Below are positions 11,515 to 23,621 of a stretch of DNA of 64,000 bases, in pieces. Made by a program: the position numbers and the translations under genes. The notes below the pieces were generated by a model. The model was not told the DNA's origin. It made no database searches and was given only the letters and a program-made list of their open reading frames with translations. Each line of letters begins with the position of its first letter. Within the stretch, counting starts at the first letter, position 1. Source of the stretch: Vicugna vicugna (taxonomy: Eukaryota); contig MU058198.1 in NCBI GenBank assembly GCA_013265495.1, positions 694,419-758,418 of the forward strand, in the 5' to 3' direction.

Positions 11515-14208
11515 TCTTAAAAAAAAAAAAGTCCAAGTTACCCTACACCCTGAGTACATTTCAACTCGATATTGCTAAGAGTCACGTTCTTTCAGTGGAT
11601 GGTCAAAAACACTAGGGGCTGGGAACATGGGCATGATCCCTGGGGAGCAAAGCGGGAATAGGATCGAGGAACTAAAATGGACTTTAAATTCTGGCAGCCC
11701 CAGGTTCAAAGCCAAGCTGCTCCCTCACCTTAAGCTAATCACCTACCCTCCCTGGGTCTTAACTTTCCCATCTGAAACTGGGGGGAGAGAACACTCCCTT
11801 CCCCCAAAAGGCTGTTGGAAAGAATAAACGATAATCTATGGGAAGTGCCTGGGACACTGTTGATTCCCTTTCCTAATCCTCTTCCTTAAACCTCTAAAGC
11901 CTAGTCAGTGATTCAACAGAAATGTACCACTGCCTACCCTGTGCCAGCTACCGAGGCCTCACCCTGCCCTCAGGGGCTCACCTTCTATAGGATGAAGGGG
12001 ACAGAAATCTTGAGACAGCTCTTCTTGCTGATTCCCACCAGAGGCAGGAAATGTGCCACAGTTAACCCGTTACCTTGGTTCATTCTAAGCAGCTCCTCTG
12101 CTTTGTGTCTGGAAATTAATTCCCTTGGTCTGCACCCAAGATGATTTACTCTCCTAACTACCTTCTCATGTGGCTAGACAGGAGAGCAGCAGTGAGGCAC
12201 GGTGAGGAGCCCCAGGAAGGGCTGAGAACACCTGGATTCAAATGGGGACTCACATACTCTTGCCACATGGTGCTGGCTTCTCCAGGCCCCAGTTTCCCCA
12301 TCTATAAAAGAGGGACTGAATCAGATCACAGCACAGGCTGGCAGGGGGGGTGGCGTAGGCGGCCACATCCAGCCTAAAGGCCTATTTCACTGTTTTTAAA
12401 TTTTCAAATTAATTGCCAACATTTAATGATTGGAAATGATACAAAGCAACCCAGGCTTTTGGAGGTGAGTAGAGAGGTGGGGGCATGTCAAGGAGGCACC
12501 TATGAAAAGGGGCTGGGCCCTCAAGTATACATCAGCTTCCGGCTGGACCACATCTCTCACTCGTCACCGGCCCAGTTCCTGATCCTTAGACTAGATGACA
12601 CACAGCCACTCAGGGAATCCAGAAAACAATGTCCCCTCACAGGTTTAGACAGAGGGGGGAAAGGACAAGAGCTTCGTCCTGCAGCTTTCCTCAGCCTCAA
12701 AGCCCAGAGGGTCCACACTGGATCTACCTTGCTCTTAGCTCCTTCAACGAGCCAGGCCAGGCCTGAACTATAGTTCAAGTTCACTCATAACTCACCCCAG
12801 GAGGACCTAGAGGATCAACAGAACATCCGCTCATTTACTCCTGTCTTGTTTTCTACTGTATTCCTGGGGCCTAGCTCTGCACTCAACACATAGCAGGTGC
12901 TCAATAAATATTCACTGAATGAAGGAATGAATGCTAGAGATACAGAGATGAACAAAATAAAACACCTGCCGTCAAGAAGCAGGCAGGTGTGGGTGGGAAA
13001 GAGGTGTGTTAACGATGATACAAAAGATAACAGCAAGCACAGTGGTGAGGTCCGAGTAACAGAGGTCTTCTCATCGGGCCTATCAGCTGTCAGGAAACTT
13101 TCTGAAGAACATTTTTCCAGCTTGGGCAGCTGCAGGATGATGGTGCTAATCCCTAGGACAAAGGAACTGAAGGTGGGGAGGTTGGAGGGCTGGAGGAGAC
13201 AAGCTGGTTGGAACAGATGCCTTGAGATAGCCAAGGGGAGACGCCGCGGTGGACAGGCGGATGTATGTATCAGTCTGAGGTTCAAAGCTGACATAAATTT
13301 AGGAATATATGGGTGGTGAGCCTTAAACAGAATGAGCCTGAAACAGAATAGTAGGGAAGACTAACATTTAAATGGGCGGGCAGAAAAAGAGGGGCTTGCA
13401 AAGGAGGGGGAGAAGGTGCAAACCTGGAGAAGGGTGCGTCAAAGGTGCCAAGTGGGCCTCAGATGAAGGAATGGTCAAGAGATGGGATAATAACAAAGAA
13501 GCCAAGGAGAGGCTGTGAACTTAATCACCGTCTCTCCCTATTTTTGCGGTTCAGAACACTGTAGCATCCTCCTCTTGAGCACTGAATATCCTCCTCTTCA
13601 ACCCTGCAACCCAAAAGTATTCATTCCTTCAAGAAGGGAAGAGGAAATGAACCTTACAGTGTGTCTCCTGTGAACGCAAATGCTTTCTCCAAAAGCACTT
13701 TTAAATTCTTGGCGGTAGCTTCGCTAGGTTACCAAGGCTGTGAATAACCCATTACACAGACGTGCAAACTGAGCCCACAGGACTTTAATTTTCTTGCCCT
13801 GGGTCCCAAAGCCAGCAAGGGGCAAAACAAGGATTCGAAACCACACCGCAGAACTTCGGAGCCTGTGCTCCTGCATAATGGCATCAACACCCTACTCCCA
13901 CTGCGGGCTCGCTAGCAGGAAGCAAGGGAGCCAGGAGGCGAGACTGCTGCTCCCTCAAAGTTTCGGCCGCGCAAAATCTTCCGCACAACCGCACACGGAG
14001 GGTTTCGCGGGGCCCCAGGCCCAGCTCCAAGGCGGGGGAACTTCCTGGAGGCGGCGGTCTCAGGCCTGGACGAGTGCACGCCGGCTACCGGAGGGATGTG
14101 GACCTGGAAGTGCAGGTCGCCCTCCGGTCCCGTGGCTCGCGCGCAAGTCCCCACGCCCAGTGTCCAGCCCCCTCGCCGCCCCGGCGGCGTCGCGCCCTCT
14201 GCACTCAC

Positions 14209-14266
14209 CCGTAGGCCAAACTTCCCCGCCTCCACGTGAGAGCCCGCTCCGCCGTGACCCGGAAGT
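14209..14266 (-). other. KNOP1: Probable KNOP1 non-coding exon 1 (5' end approximate)
   Basis: Consensus donor CGG|GTGAGT on the minus strand at 14209/14208 inside the CpG island, with no ATG in the segment. The TSS cannot be read from sequence. Confidence 0.65.
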
Positions 14267-14357
14267 CAGCCTCGACTCGCTGGCCCGCCCCTGCGAGACG
14301 CGGCTCCTTCCGGGTCGCGGCCGTGCGGGGCGCGCGGTTGCCGTGGAGACCGCGGCC

Positions 14358-14541
14358 ATGGCGGCGCTTGGGCGGCTATGCAGCATCACCCGGAGCGTGG
14401 AGTGGGCCGTCTCGCCCGAGTCGTCTGTCACAGCCAGGACGCCAGTGCGCGTCGTTTCCTCCATGTCCCTCGAGCTGCCCTTCTCGCCGGGGCAGGTTGC
14501 AGAGCTGCCGGGCAAGAACCCGTGGGAGCAGATCTGCGAGG
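14358..14541 (+). CDS. IQCK: IQCK coding exon 1 (MAALGRLCS...KNPWEQICE)
   Basis: Kozak GCCATGG at 14355-14361; donor G|GTAGGC; 184 nt (61 codons + 1). KNPWEQIC matches the recalled human KNLWEQIC. Confidence 0.9.
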
Positions 14542-15133
14542 GTAGGCAGCCCGGGCCGGCGGAGCGGGGCGGGACTCGGGTGGCCCGGTGGGGCCGCTCT
14601 GGCAGGGCGCCTATTGTGTACCAGGCGACTGACGTGCGAGGGCCCCTGGCAGCCGCGCTGCGGGCCCGCAGGGCTCCCCATTTTACGTTCGGGGAAACCG
14701 AGGCTCCAAGAGGTTTGCCCGGGGTTACGCATGGCAGCCTCCAACTTGGTTCCACAGTCAGATCGAAGGCAGGGGAAAGCGGAATAAAGGGGACCAGACG
14801 CTGTGGACCAGAGATTTGAGGTGCTCAAACCTCATTTAGTGAACAGGAAAGAGTCGCCGGGATGGAAATGGGGAGCTTGTTTAAAACATAGGTTCCCTGG
14901 CCCCGCTCATAGAGCTCCCAGTAGAGGTCAGGGGATCTGCACTTTTAGGGAGCTCGCAGGTAGTTCTGATGTAGTCTACATTGAACAAGCATGGTCTAGA
15001 AAGACATGGCTTTAATCCTTTTCCACTTCTGACCTTCCTTAAAATTCCCAAACGAAGTATAGCTCACCTTTTGTGGCCCTACACATACCCCTTGGTCAAG
15101 AGGCCCCATAATTAAAGACATAGTTAAACAAGT

Positions 15134-15650
15134 TAGGCATACTGCCAAGATATTGCAGGTTGGGTTCCAGACCACTGCAGTAAAATGAGTCACGAATTTT
15201 TTGGTTTCCTAGTGCATATAAAAATTATGTTTACACAATATTGTAGTCTATTAAGTGTGCAATATCATTATGTCCATATATACCTTACTTTAAAAACATT
15301 TTATTGCTAACTAACACAAGATTGTAAATGAACTATACTTCAATTTTAAAAAACACTTTATTGCTGAAAATTGCTAATCATCATCTTAGCATTCAGTGAG
15401 TTGTAATCTTCTTGCAGTAGTAACATCAAAGACCACAGATCACCATGACAAATGTAATAATAATGAAAAAGTCTGAGGTATTATGAAAATGGCCAAAATG
15501 TGGCACAGACACAAAGTGAGCAAATGCTGTTGGGAAAATGGCATTAATAGACTTGCTTGACACAGGGTTGTCATGGAACTTCCATTTGTAAAAAAACACA
15601 ATACCTCCTAAGTGCAATGAAGTGAGGCACAATAAAACAAGGTACGCCCG
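15134..15650. mobile_element. Internally deleted Tigger1-type TcMar DNA transposon
   Basis: Ends (T)AGGCATAC...GGTACGCCCG resemble Tigger1 TIRs (CAGGCATACC); interior resembles both Tigger1 termini. Confidence 0.8.
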
Positions 15651-15907
15651 CGTTTTACTTGTTATCCTCTCAGTAAAGTGAGCATAATAATGGCCCCTAT
15701 TTCTTGGTGTTGGGAGAGGCTGTTAAAGGGTCCCCTCAGAAAGTACTTAGCAAAGTCCCGATTGACAGCAAGAGCTCAATGTGCGGTAGCTCTTAATAAA
15801 TAATGCTAGGTGTGGTTTTCTTTTCTTCTCCCTATGATTGTAAACTCAAGGTCAAGAACTCAAATTTTTCATTCTGTGGCTGCCATAACTACCTCAACTG
15901 TCTGACA

Positions 15908-16017
15908 CAGTGCCATCCAATAGAACTTTCAAATATGGTAGCCACTTGCCACATACGGGTATTGAGCACCTGAAATGTGTTTAGAGCAACTTTGGAACTG
16001 AATTTTTTTGTTTTACT
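15908..16017. mobile_element. MER3-like hAT MITE
   Basis: CAGTGCCATCCAATAGAAC...TATTGGACAGGGCAG terminal inverted repeats. Confidence 0.65.
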
Positions 16018-16641
16018 TAATTTTAATAAGCTTAGACAGCTATACGTGGCCAATGGCCACTGTATTGGACAGGGCAGGTCAGTAAATGTTTGTTGGATGG
16101 AGAAAAGAATGAATGCTCCAGTGGATGGGACTGGGTGGAGGGAGAGAGAGCGATGAGTGAGAGAAATGGAAAATACAAAGGAAGAGGAAGGTAATGGACT
16201 CTGAGTTGATAGATACCCTCAAGGCCATCTGTTTCAGCCTATATCCGTCCAGTGCTTGAGTTCCTTCTCCAGGAAGGAACTTGCATCATACCCAGAAAAA
16301 TCTGTTTCTCCTTGAATGTTCTTCTTTTAACTTCCTACCCTTTGGTCCTTACCCTCCTGGTGCCATGACCTAAGTTGCTAATCACTCTACCATTACAAAA
16401 ACACTCATATAGAAGGTTGTTGCTGTGGCGGTCTTTTCCCCAAAGCTTTCACTTCTCCAGGCCAAGCAGCTCTTGATGGTACAATTTACTAGCAGTGTTT
16501 TGTTTGGGAGGCTGTTCAACTTCATCTCTAGGAGGGGCTGATCCTCGTACCTACCTCACAGGGCTGCTGTGAGGACGGAATAAGATAATGTATGCAGAGG
16601 TGCTTGGAACAGTGCCTGGCACTTAGAAAGTGCTCAGTAGA

Positions 16642-16775
16642 GGGGAGGGTATAGCTCAGTGGTAGAGTGCATGCCTAGCATGTACAAGGTCCTGAGTTCA
16701 ATTCCTAGTATCTCTATCAAAAACAAAACCAAACCTAAATACCTCCCCCCCAATAAAAATAAAAAATTAAAAAAA
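16642..16775 (+). mobile_element. tRNA-derived SINE (camelid Vic-1-like), inserted in a MIR
   Basis: GGGGAGGGTATAGCTCAGTGG (A box), GAGTTCAATTC (B box), A-rich tail. TSD AGAAAGTGCTCAGTA (16625-16639) / AGAAAGTGCTCAATA (16776-16790). Confidence 0.88.
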
Positions 16776-19700
16776 AGAAAGTGCTCAATAAATGTTCATT
16801 ATTGTTGACAGAGAAACATGCTTTGCATTTGTTTTAGAATCGTGGAATATCTTTTTGTCAAACAGGCTTGTAGGGAAAAAGCAAAGACAAAGAGTTTTGT
16901 TGCTTAGAAAAGCGAGTGAATTGATGCCACTTACAAAGTGACAGAGTTACCAAATGAAGTTAATGAGGTCAAAGATGGTGAATTATACACACAGGCACTG
17001 TAGTGATTGTTATAAACTAGGTGATAAACCCAATTTCTTAAAACAAACATTTTAACAAACGCAATTTTCTATAACAAACATAGTGAGTAAATTTAGTTTC
17101 TGACAACAAACATGAAAAATTATTAAAGGCTTTGTAATAATCCTATCTTTGAGGTTAAGGATTATATTCTATGAGAGCGGTTCCATTTAAAAAGAAAATT
17201 ATCACAGCAAACAAACCTGTCAGAAACTCAGTTTCAGGAAAATGAGATACAGAATAAGTAAATATCTAAGACCTTTATTCTGCCTGGCTAATGCTCTTTG
17301 CGCGCACGTGAGCACACAGGCCTTTATGATAACTTATTTGTCAGCCGTTGTTCAATTTCCTTATGTTTCCCGTGACAACTAACTCTGGGCATTTTATTCT
17401 CAAAAGCACTTGTATTCATATCAATAAAAGTCTTTCCTGCCAGGGCTTCTAATTAAGTCTCGTGGCTGCTTGTGACTTAATGATTTTTAACTATGGTTTT
17501 AACCAAAGGATTCAGAGCTCCGGTCTTCTGTTCTCTTATTGCTGTTATTACTGCCATCAGCATCCTCATTACTGCCATTGGTTCATCACTCCAAGCACTA
17601 GTCCCTGGCCTCAGCCCCGAAAGCTATTGTAAAATCAGGACCCTTCTTACCACCTTGCCAGGTAACAACATGGACCAGTTCTGAATCAGTGCTATTCCCC
17701 CAGCACAGCAGCTGAGCACAGCTGGAGGAAAATGACACCAGGCAGCTCTCTGCAATGCTTATCAGTCAACATCCATCAGTGCCTTCGCCCAGTGCCCGCA
17801 TCTCCTAGTCCCAAGTTTTTACTCCACTCTTCAGACATTGTGTGACACCACTTGGCAGATAGAGGAGACACTCACTGTGAATAGTTAGGCAATCAGGAGT
17901 AGGGAGGGAATCCTCCAGCTTCCTCACACGAGTAAACATGTTTGCATCTGCCCACGGGGTTGAAGTATTTATCCCGCTGCCCACACAGCTCAGCCCTGCA
18001 CCTGTGCTTTGGGACCATCCTCTTGCTATCCCAGGATCCTGCCCTGCTTTGTCACTCACCTCCTCTACATCTTTAACTTCTCTACTGGCTCTTCCCTCCA
18101 AACATCCTCTGGTCCATTTCCTGGGGAATACTTCTCTTGACCCCAGTCATCTTCTAGCTCTTGTCTGTCTCTGTTGCCCTCTCAGCCAAGCTTCTGGAAG
18201 GAGCTTTGGTTCACACCACTGTCATTCCAATTCCCGTATCAACCTCATGGCTCCAATGAAATCATTCTCGTACATCAATCAACGTATCTACCCACATTGG
18301 GAACTGTTTTATATGCTGGGCCAGGCACTGTTCTAGACACTGACAATTACTCTCCATCATCCACTCAGCTGCCCAGTCCAGAAATCAGAGATTCATCTTA
18401 TAGGCTTCACTTTCACTTTCCATGACCCCACATTCATTCTCCAATCCCTCTAGACCCTACCGGCTTAACACTGCTTGTAACCCTAACTCCACGTCCCCTA
18501 GTACTCATGGCCCTTCCCGCTCCCTGTTTGGATTGCTGCTGTAGCTTTCCAATCGGGGAAGACTTCCAGTCTCTCTTCCATAGGAACCTCTCTCAGATTC
18601 AAGTCTGATCACATCATGCCATGACCTACAATGATTTTCATAGCTTTCGTGGTAAACATAAACTCTTTGGCTTAACACCTTAGCCCCTTGATGATCTGAT
18701 CTCTCTCTTTTTTAGATTTGTCACTTACCATTTGTCCAAATCATCCTAGTGGCTAACATTTATTGAGCTGCCTTTATGTGCCAGGCACTGTGCTAGGTGC
18801 TTTTCCTCTAGTTAAACCTCACAGCAACTCGGTGATTTAAATAGATGAAGAAATTGAGGTATAGGGAGCTTAGGAAACATGCCCAAAGTAAGTAGCAAAA
18901 CCAGACTCAAACTCATATGTGTGACACTCAAGTTCAAGCCCTGAAGCAACCTACCAGTGTGCTTCAACATGTAGACACGGACCACCCACATCAAAATCTC
19001 CCAGATACTTGCTAAAATGCAGACTCCTGTGCTTTGTCCTTGACTGATGACTCAGTGGTGTGATGACTCTCCCCACTCCTTGATGGGGAGTCCCTAAACT
19101 CTGCATTTTAAATAAGCTCTCTAAGCAAGGGACAAGACACAGTACCACTGTCCTGTGCTGTGTCCTTTTAGCTGCAAGAAACTTCCTCCATTGCACCATA
19201 CTGTTCCTCTCCTCCATGCCTTTGCATAAGCATTGCTTCTTACTGGAACATCTCTGCCTTCCTCTCATCTTTATCTTTCAAGACTCAGCCTAAGTGGCCC
19301 CTCTTCTGGAAAGCCTTCTATTATCGTTCAGGCTGATTTTGAAGCCCCTTCTTGGTGCTTTCTGGGTGCAGCCCTCTACAGCATCACTCGCACATCTCCT
19401 AACCATTGGCTTACTCCCCATCCCCTCACCAGAACACAAGCTCTTCTGCTTGTGTCCCTCCAGCAGCTTGTACGATACCTCGCCATAGTGTATGCTGGCT
19501 AACTGTTCTTTAGATTCACTTCCAACCGCTTCCTCTTCCTGGCTCATCCCTTTCCAACAGGCCACTGTTGGTGAACATTGCATTTTAACTGTTTCAGTTA
19601 GAAACATGTTCAGCTGCAAATCACAGAACGCCCAACTAACAGTGGCCTGAGCAATAAAGACATTTCATTATGTCACATCGCTGGAGCACGGTGGTGGGGA

Positions 19701-19867
19701 GGTTCCAGTTTTGGCACAAAGGCTCCGTTCCACCAACAGGGTTACAGGCTCTTTCTGCTCTGCCTCTGACATAATATTGCCTTGTATAAAATGAACAACT
19801 ATTCTTTCCTGTTCCTAGATTAACGTTCACTTAACATAATATAACATTACATTTCCCTAAGCAATTA

Positions 19868-20293
19868 CGGGTTTCCCATGCTGTAAATCAAAAGTAGAGA
19901 GGCCCTATGAAGCCTTTCGTAAGCCAAAATGGCATAAGGTAAAGAAGCAGTTACCTTAGGACACATCTTGCTAATGGGTGCACAAAATAAATCGAGATAA
20001 AGCACAGATGTTCACAGATACAGTTCAAAGCTATGCTTGCGTGATGCTGAGATGCGGAGTGTAGTTCCCAGGGAAGGAGTTTGGCTGCACCGCCCCACTG
20101 CTGGGAGTGCACGCTTTCCCTGTAACAGTTCGATGCAAAACAAATGCTGAATGCCGTTTTCACTTTTCACCTTTTCTCATAAAAACAAAAATTCTCTTTG
20201 GATTTCTTTTGGTTTGCGAAAACAGGTACTAATGTAGGTCTTTTGTAAAAGTGAAGTACTTAAAGTGAACTTTCCAAAAGCGGGGAACACCCG
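19868..20293. mobile_element. Non-autonomous Tigger/pogo-type DNA transposon (~426 bp)
   Basis: Imperfect TIRs CGGGTTTCCCATGCT / AGCGGGGAACACCCG flanked by TA at 19866-19867 and 20294-20295. Confidence 0.72.
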
Positions 20294-21827
20294 TAATCCA
20301 AATTACAAGCGTAGGTAACATGCATCCTGCCACTGAGCTGTACCCACCCCCCCATAAACACTTACACATTTAATGTACCTGATTTTCTTAAGAATTTCTA
20401 ATGCCAAACAGACCAACAAGCTTTTCTAAGCACTGAAGCAACTCTTATAAATCAAAACTATCAAACTATGGTAAATCAAGTTTTAATGAGTTCAATAATC
20501 GTTACAAACTTAATCACATTCAAATTCATATGGCTTTCAGTGTAAAAAGCATCAGTCTGTAATCAATTACACGTTTTAAACTGAAATCATAAGGTGAAAG
20601 TGACGAATTCTCAAATATGCCAGATTTTCTTAAACATTACAGAGGCTTAAGATAACAAACACGTCAGATTGTACTGAAGCTAATGTATTTCCCCATATTT
20701 CTACATAATTATGTAACTGTATTATCTTTTGTGGTCATATGGTGAAAAGGTGTGTATCTTTTCCATCAAGTTTAGTGAACTAAGAGATCTGCTTGGGAAA
20801 AATATAAATGGCAAATAAATAATAATTAAGAAAATACAAGTAAAAGTAAAATATCATTTTAAATATGTATAAGGTTGGTAGTACCCTAGAGAAACAGGCA
20901 GCCTTACAGGAGTAAACAGGAGTAAAAGTTACAGACTTTTTGGAGGAAAATTTGGTAATTTGGTCCAAATTTTAAATTATTTTTTTCCTTTGACAGAACA
21001 ATTCCACATCTAAGAGTTACTTCTACAAAAGTGCCTTCTTTCTGATCAATGGTGTATATAAAGATGCTCATAGCAGCGTTGTTTGTAATAATGAAAAATT
21101 GGAAACAACCAAAATGCCCACTGAGAGTACACTGGTTAAATAAATGAAGTGCACCCAATAGTAGCAGCATTGAGAGAGGTCCGTGATTCATCACCTAGGA
21201 TGGTTCCTGGGCACAGTGGGCTCTCAATGAGTATGGATGAATGAATAGATAAAGGATCAAAAGTAACTTGCTGTACTGTTTGTTTTGTTCATTTATTCAT
21301 TCATTCAGCTTCATATTCTTTGGGAATATGATGGTGAGCACAAACACTCCCACAAGACACAGTCTATTAGAAAAGATAGTCATTAATTTTTACAAATTTC
21401 AAATAAGGGTAAGACTGACATGAGTTATGAAGAATAAAGACACCATGTTATGAGGTTCTGTGCTTGGATGATTTGACCTAGTCTCGAGATCTAAAGTAAA
21501 TAAGTGTATTTGTGAATTATACACAAATGTTAGTAAATGCATTGAAAAATATTTGGTCGGACCTACGGCAGTTCCAATAATGTAGTGGAATCTGGTGTGA
21601 CTTAGACTCTACATAAGGCATCTCCATGTTATTGGGAATATTTCTCACAATAAGCCTATATTGCTTATTTAATCAAAACTATAAATGTATGTATATCTTA
21701 CATCCAAATAAATAGTTTTCACACTACCTTGGTGACAGTGTTGGGGGTCTCAAAGACTTGAGGGAAGAAGGGTGAATTTACATTTTTGCTTAAGAAGGAA
21801 ACATAAAGTGGTAGAGCTAGAGTTGCC

Positions 21828-22395
21828 GTGGTAGGCAGAATTCTCAGATGGCCCCAAGATTCTAGCCCCTAGTGCACACACCCCAATTACCTGGTCAAGT
21901 GCTAATCTAGGCATTGCTGTCAAGGGAGTTTCCAGATGTAATTAAAGTCTGTAATCAATTGACTTTAAATTAGGGAGATTATTGTGGGTGGGCCTGACCT
22001 AATCAGGTGAGCCCTTAAAAGATGTTAGAGAGATTCAAGCAAAAGCGATTCCTGCTTGCCTTGAAGTAGCAAATAGTTATGAGGGAGCTGCCCATGACAA
22101 GGACCAGAGGAAGGCCTCTAGGAGCTTAGAGCAGCCCCCACAACAACCCAAAAGAAAATAGGGACTTCAGACCTATATCCACAAGAAACTGAATCCTGCC
22201 AACAACCAGTGAACTTGGAAGAGGACCCCAGCCATCAGATGAGATGGCCATGGCCAACACCTTGATTTCAGCCTAATGAGACCCTGGCCCAGACCCATAC
22301 TCCTGACCCAGGGGAAACCATGAGATAATAAATTTGTGTTATTTTAAGCTGCTGAGTTTGTGATAATTCGTTGCACAGCAATGGAAACCTAATCT
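21828..22395 (+). mobile_element. MLT1 (MaLR) LTR, MLT1D/E-like
   Basis: Starts GTGGTAGGCAGAATTCT...GATGGCCCCAAGATT; ends ATAAATTTGTGTTATTTTAAGC...GCAGCAATGGAAACCTAAT. Confidence 0.8.
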
Positions 22396-22789
22396 CGCTA
22401 GTACTGGGAATCAAAATTGCTTATAACCTGCATCCTGACATACTATTCCCCAACCTGATACCTAGGAATTAAAAAAAAAGAGATTAAGAAATGCTCTCCT
22501 ACCTGATAAAGAACTAGGTAATGGAGTAAAACTTGCATCCAATATAATTGCATCAATACCATCTTGCCCAGAAACGTTGTTTTCCCTTATCACTGCAAAG
22601 CAACTATACAATTGCCTTTAAAACATTGACTTCTCCAGAAATACTTTTACCAGTCTTTCCCTAAGGGGTGTAACTAATATAGCCATGAGCGTTTTCTGTC
22701 CCTCTCTCAGCAGGAATTGTTACTTTGTAGAACTAGTGTGGTATGTTTTTTGCAGTAAGCTCCCAACAGATCGACTGTGATCAGTCTTG

Positions 22790-23140
22790 AAACCTGGCGA
22801 TCGTTCTCCACCTTGCTGCACTTTAGAATCAGCTGGAGAACCTTATAAAATACTGATTTCCAGGCTTTTGCCCCAGGCCTATTGAATCCAAGTTTCTGGG
22901 GTTGGACCAAGGCATTGGTATTTCCAAAAAAACTCCTGGGTGATTCTAATGTGCAGCCAAGATGGAAACCACTGGACTTGCAGCAGGACCTGTCCAACCT
23001 TAATTGCATACAAGTCACCTGGGAGTCTTGTTAAACTGCAGGTTCAGAGCCAGCAGGTTTGGGGTGGGGCTTGAGGTGTTGCATTTCTAACTCCCCAGGG
23101 ATGCCAGTGCTGCTGGTACGTGGGCAATGCTTCGACTAGC
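22790..23140. mobile_element. Two adjacent MER5A-like hAT MITEs
   Basis: TTAGAATCAGCTGGAG...GGTGATTCTAATGTGCAGCCAAG and AGTCACCTGGGAGTCTTGTTAAA...GCATTTCTAAC motifs. Confidence 0.7.
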
Positions 23141-23621
23141 AAGGGTTTATGGGATTGCTCTTCCAGCTGTGTGCCCCAATCTGGCAGCCTTGCCTTCATG
23201 CTCACCCCCATGACTGCCTGGGATGGTTCATCGTCCCTCTGTCTCTTTTATTCTGTAAATTCTAGATGACAGTCTCCTTTTCCTCCTCGTCTCGTTCTCT
23301 ATATGCCATTGGTGTCTTCCCTTAGTCACCCTCCTCATTTTCTTCCTTCTTTTATTCCTTATAATTATCATAATCTGGGGGTAAAATAGAAATCTATCTT
23401 CTTGGGAAGAGTCTCAAAACTCTTACATAAAGTACATGCCAGAGAATAATCATCTCTTAACCTATTTTAAATAAACAACCCTGTGATGGCCAGTTGTTTT
23501 TCATTTCTGTAAACCACCAACCAAAATAAAATTTAAGAGTGTTTTATTTAGAGGAAGGGGAATTACATCACAAACTGTAATGAAGTATGAAATTGAGAAT
23601 TTTCTTCCCCACTCCCTTCAG

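Larger units (their letters stand above)
13900..14800. promoter_or_regulatory. CpG island / bidirectional promoter for KNOP1 and IQCK
   Basis: High GC and CpG density. ETS/GABP-type CCGGAAG at 14259-14265 and its reverse at 14307-14313, GC box CCCGCCC 14284-14290, E-box CACGTG 14233-14238, X-box-like GTTGCCGTGGAGAC 14337-14350. Divergent first exons are about 150 bp apart. Confidence 0.88.

Noticed and set aside
11515..11559. In-frame upstream ATG extending KNOP1 (MYSGCRVTWTFFFLR)
   Set aside because: It lies in the intron's polypyrimidine tract upstream of the acceptor.
13794..14828. Long overlapping ORFs (341, 231, 183 and 150 aa) across the CpG island
   Set aside because: Stop-codon scarcity in GC-rich DNA explains them. 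Only 14358-14541 is supported, as IQCK exon 1 with Kozak ATG, donor and frame continuity.
16642..16715. tRNA-like sequence with A and B boxes
   Set aside because: It has an A-rich tail, a TSD and a second copy in the window, so it is a SINE and not a tRNA gene.
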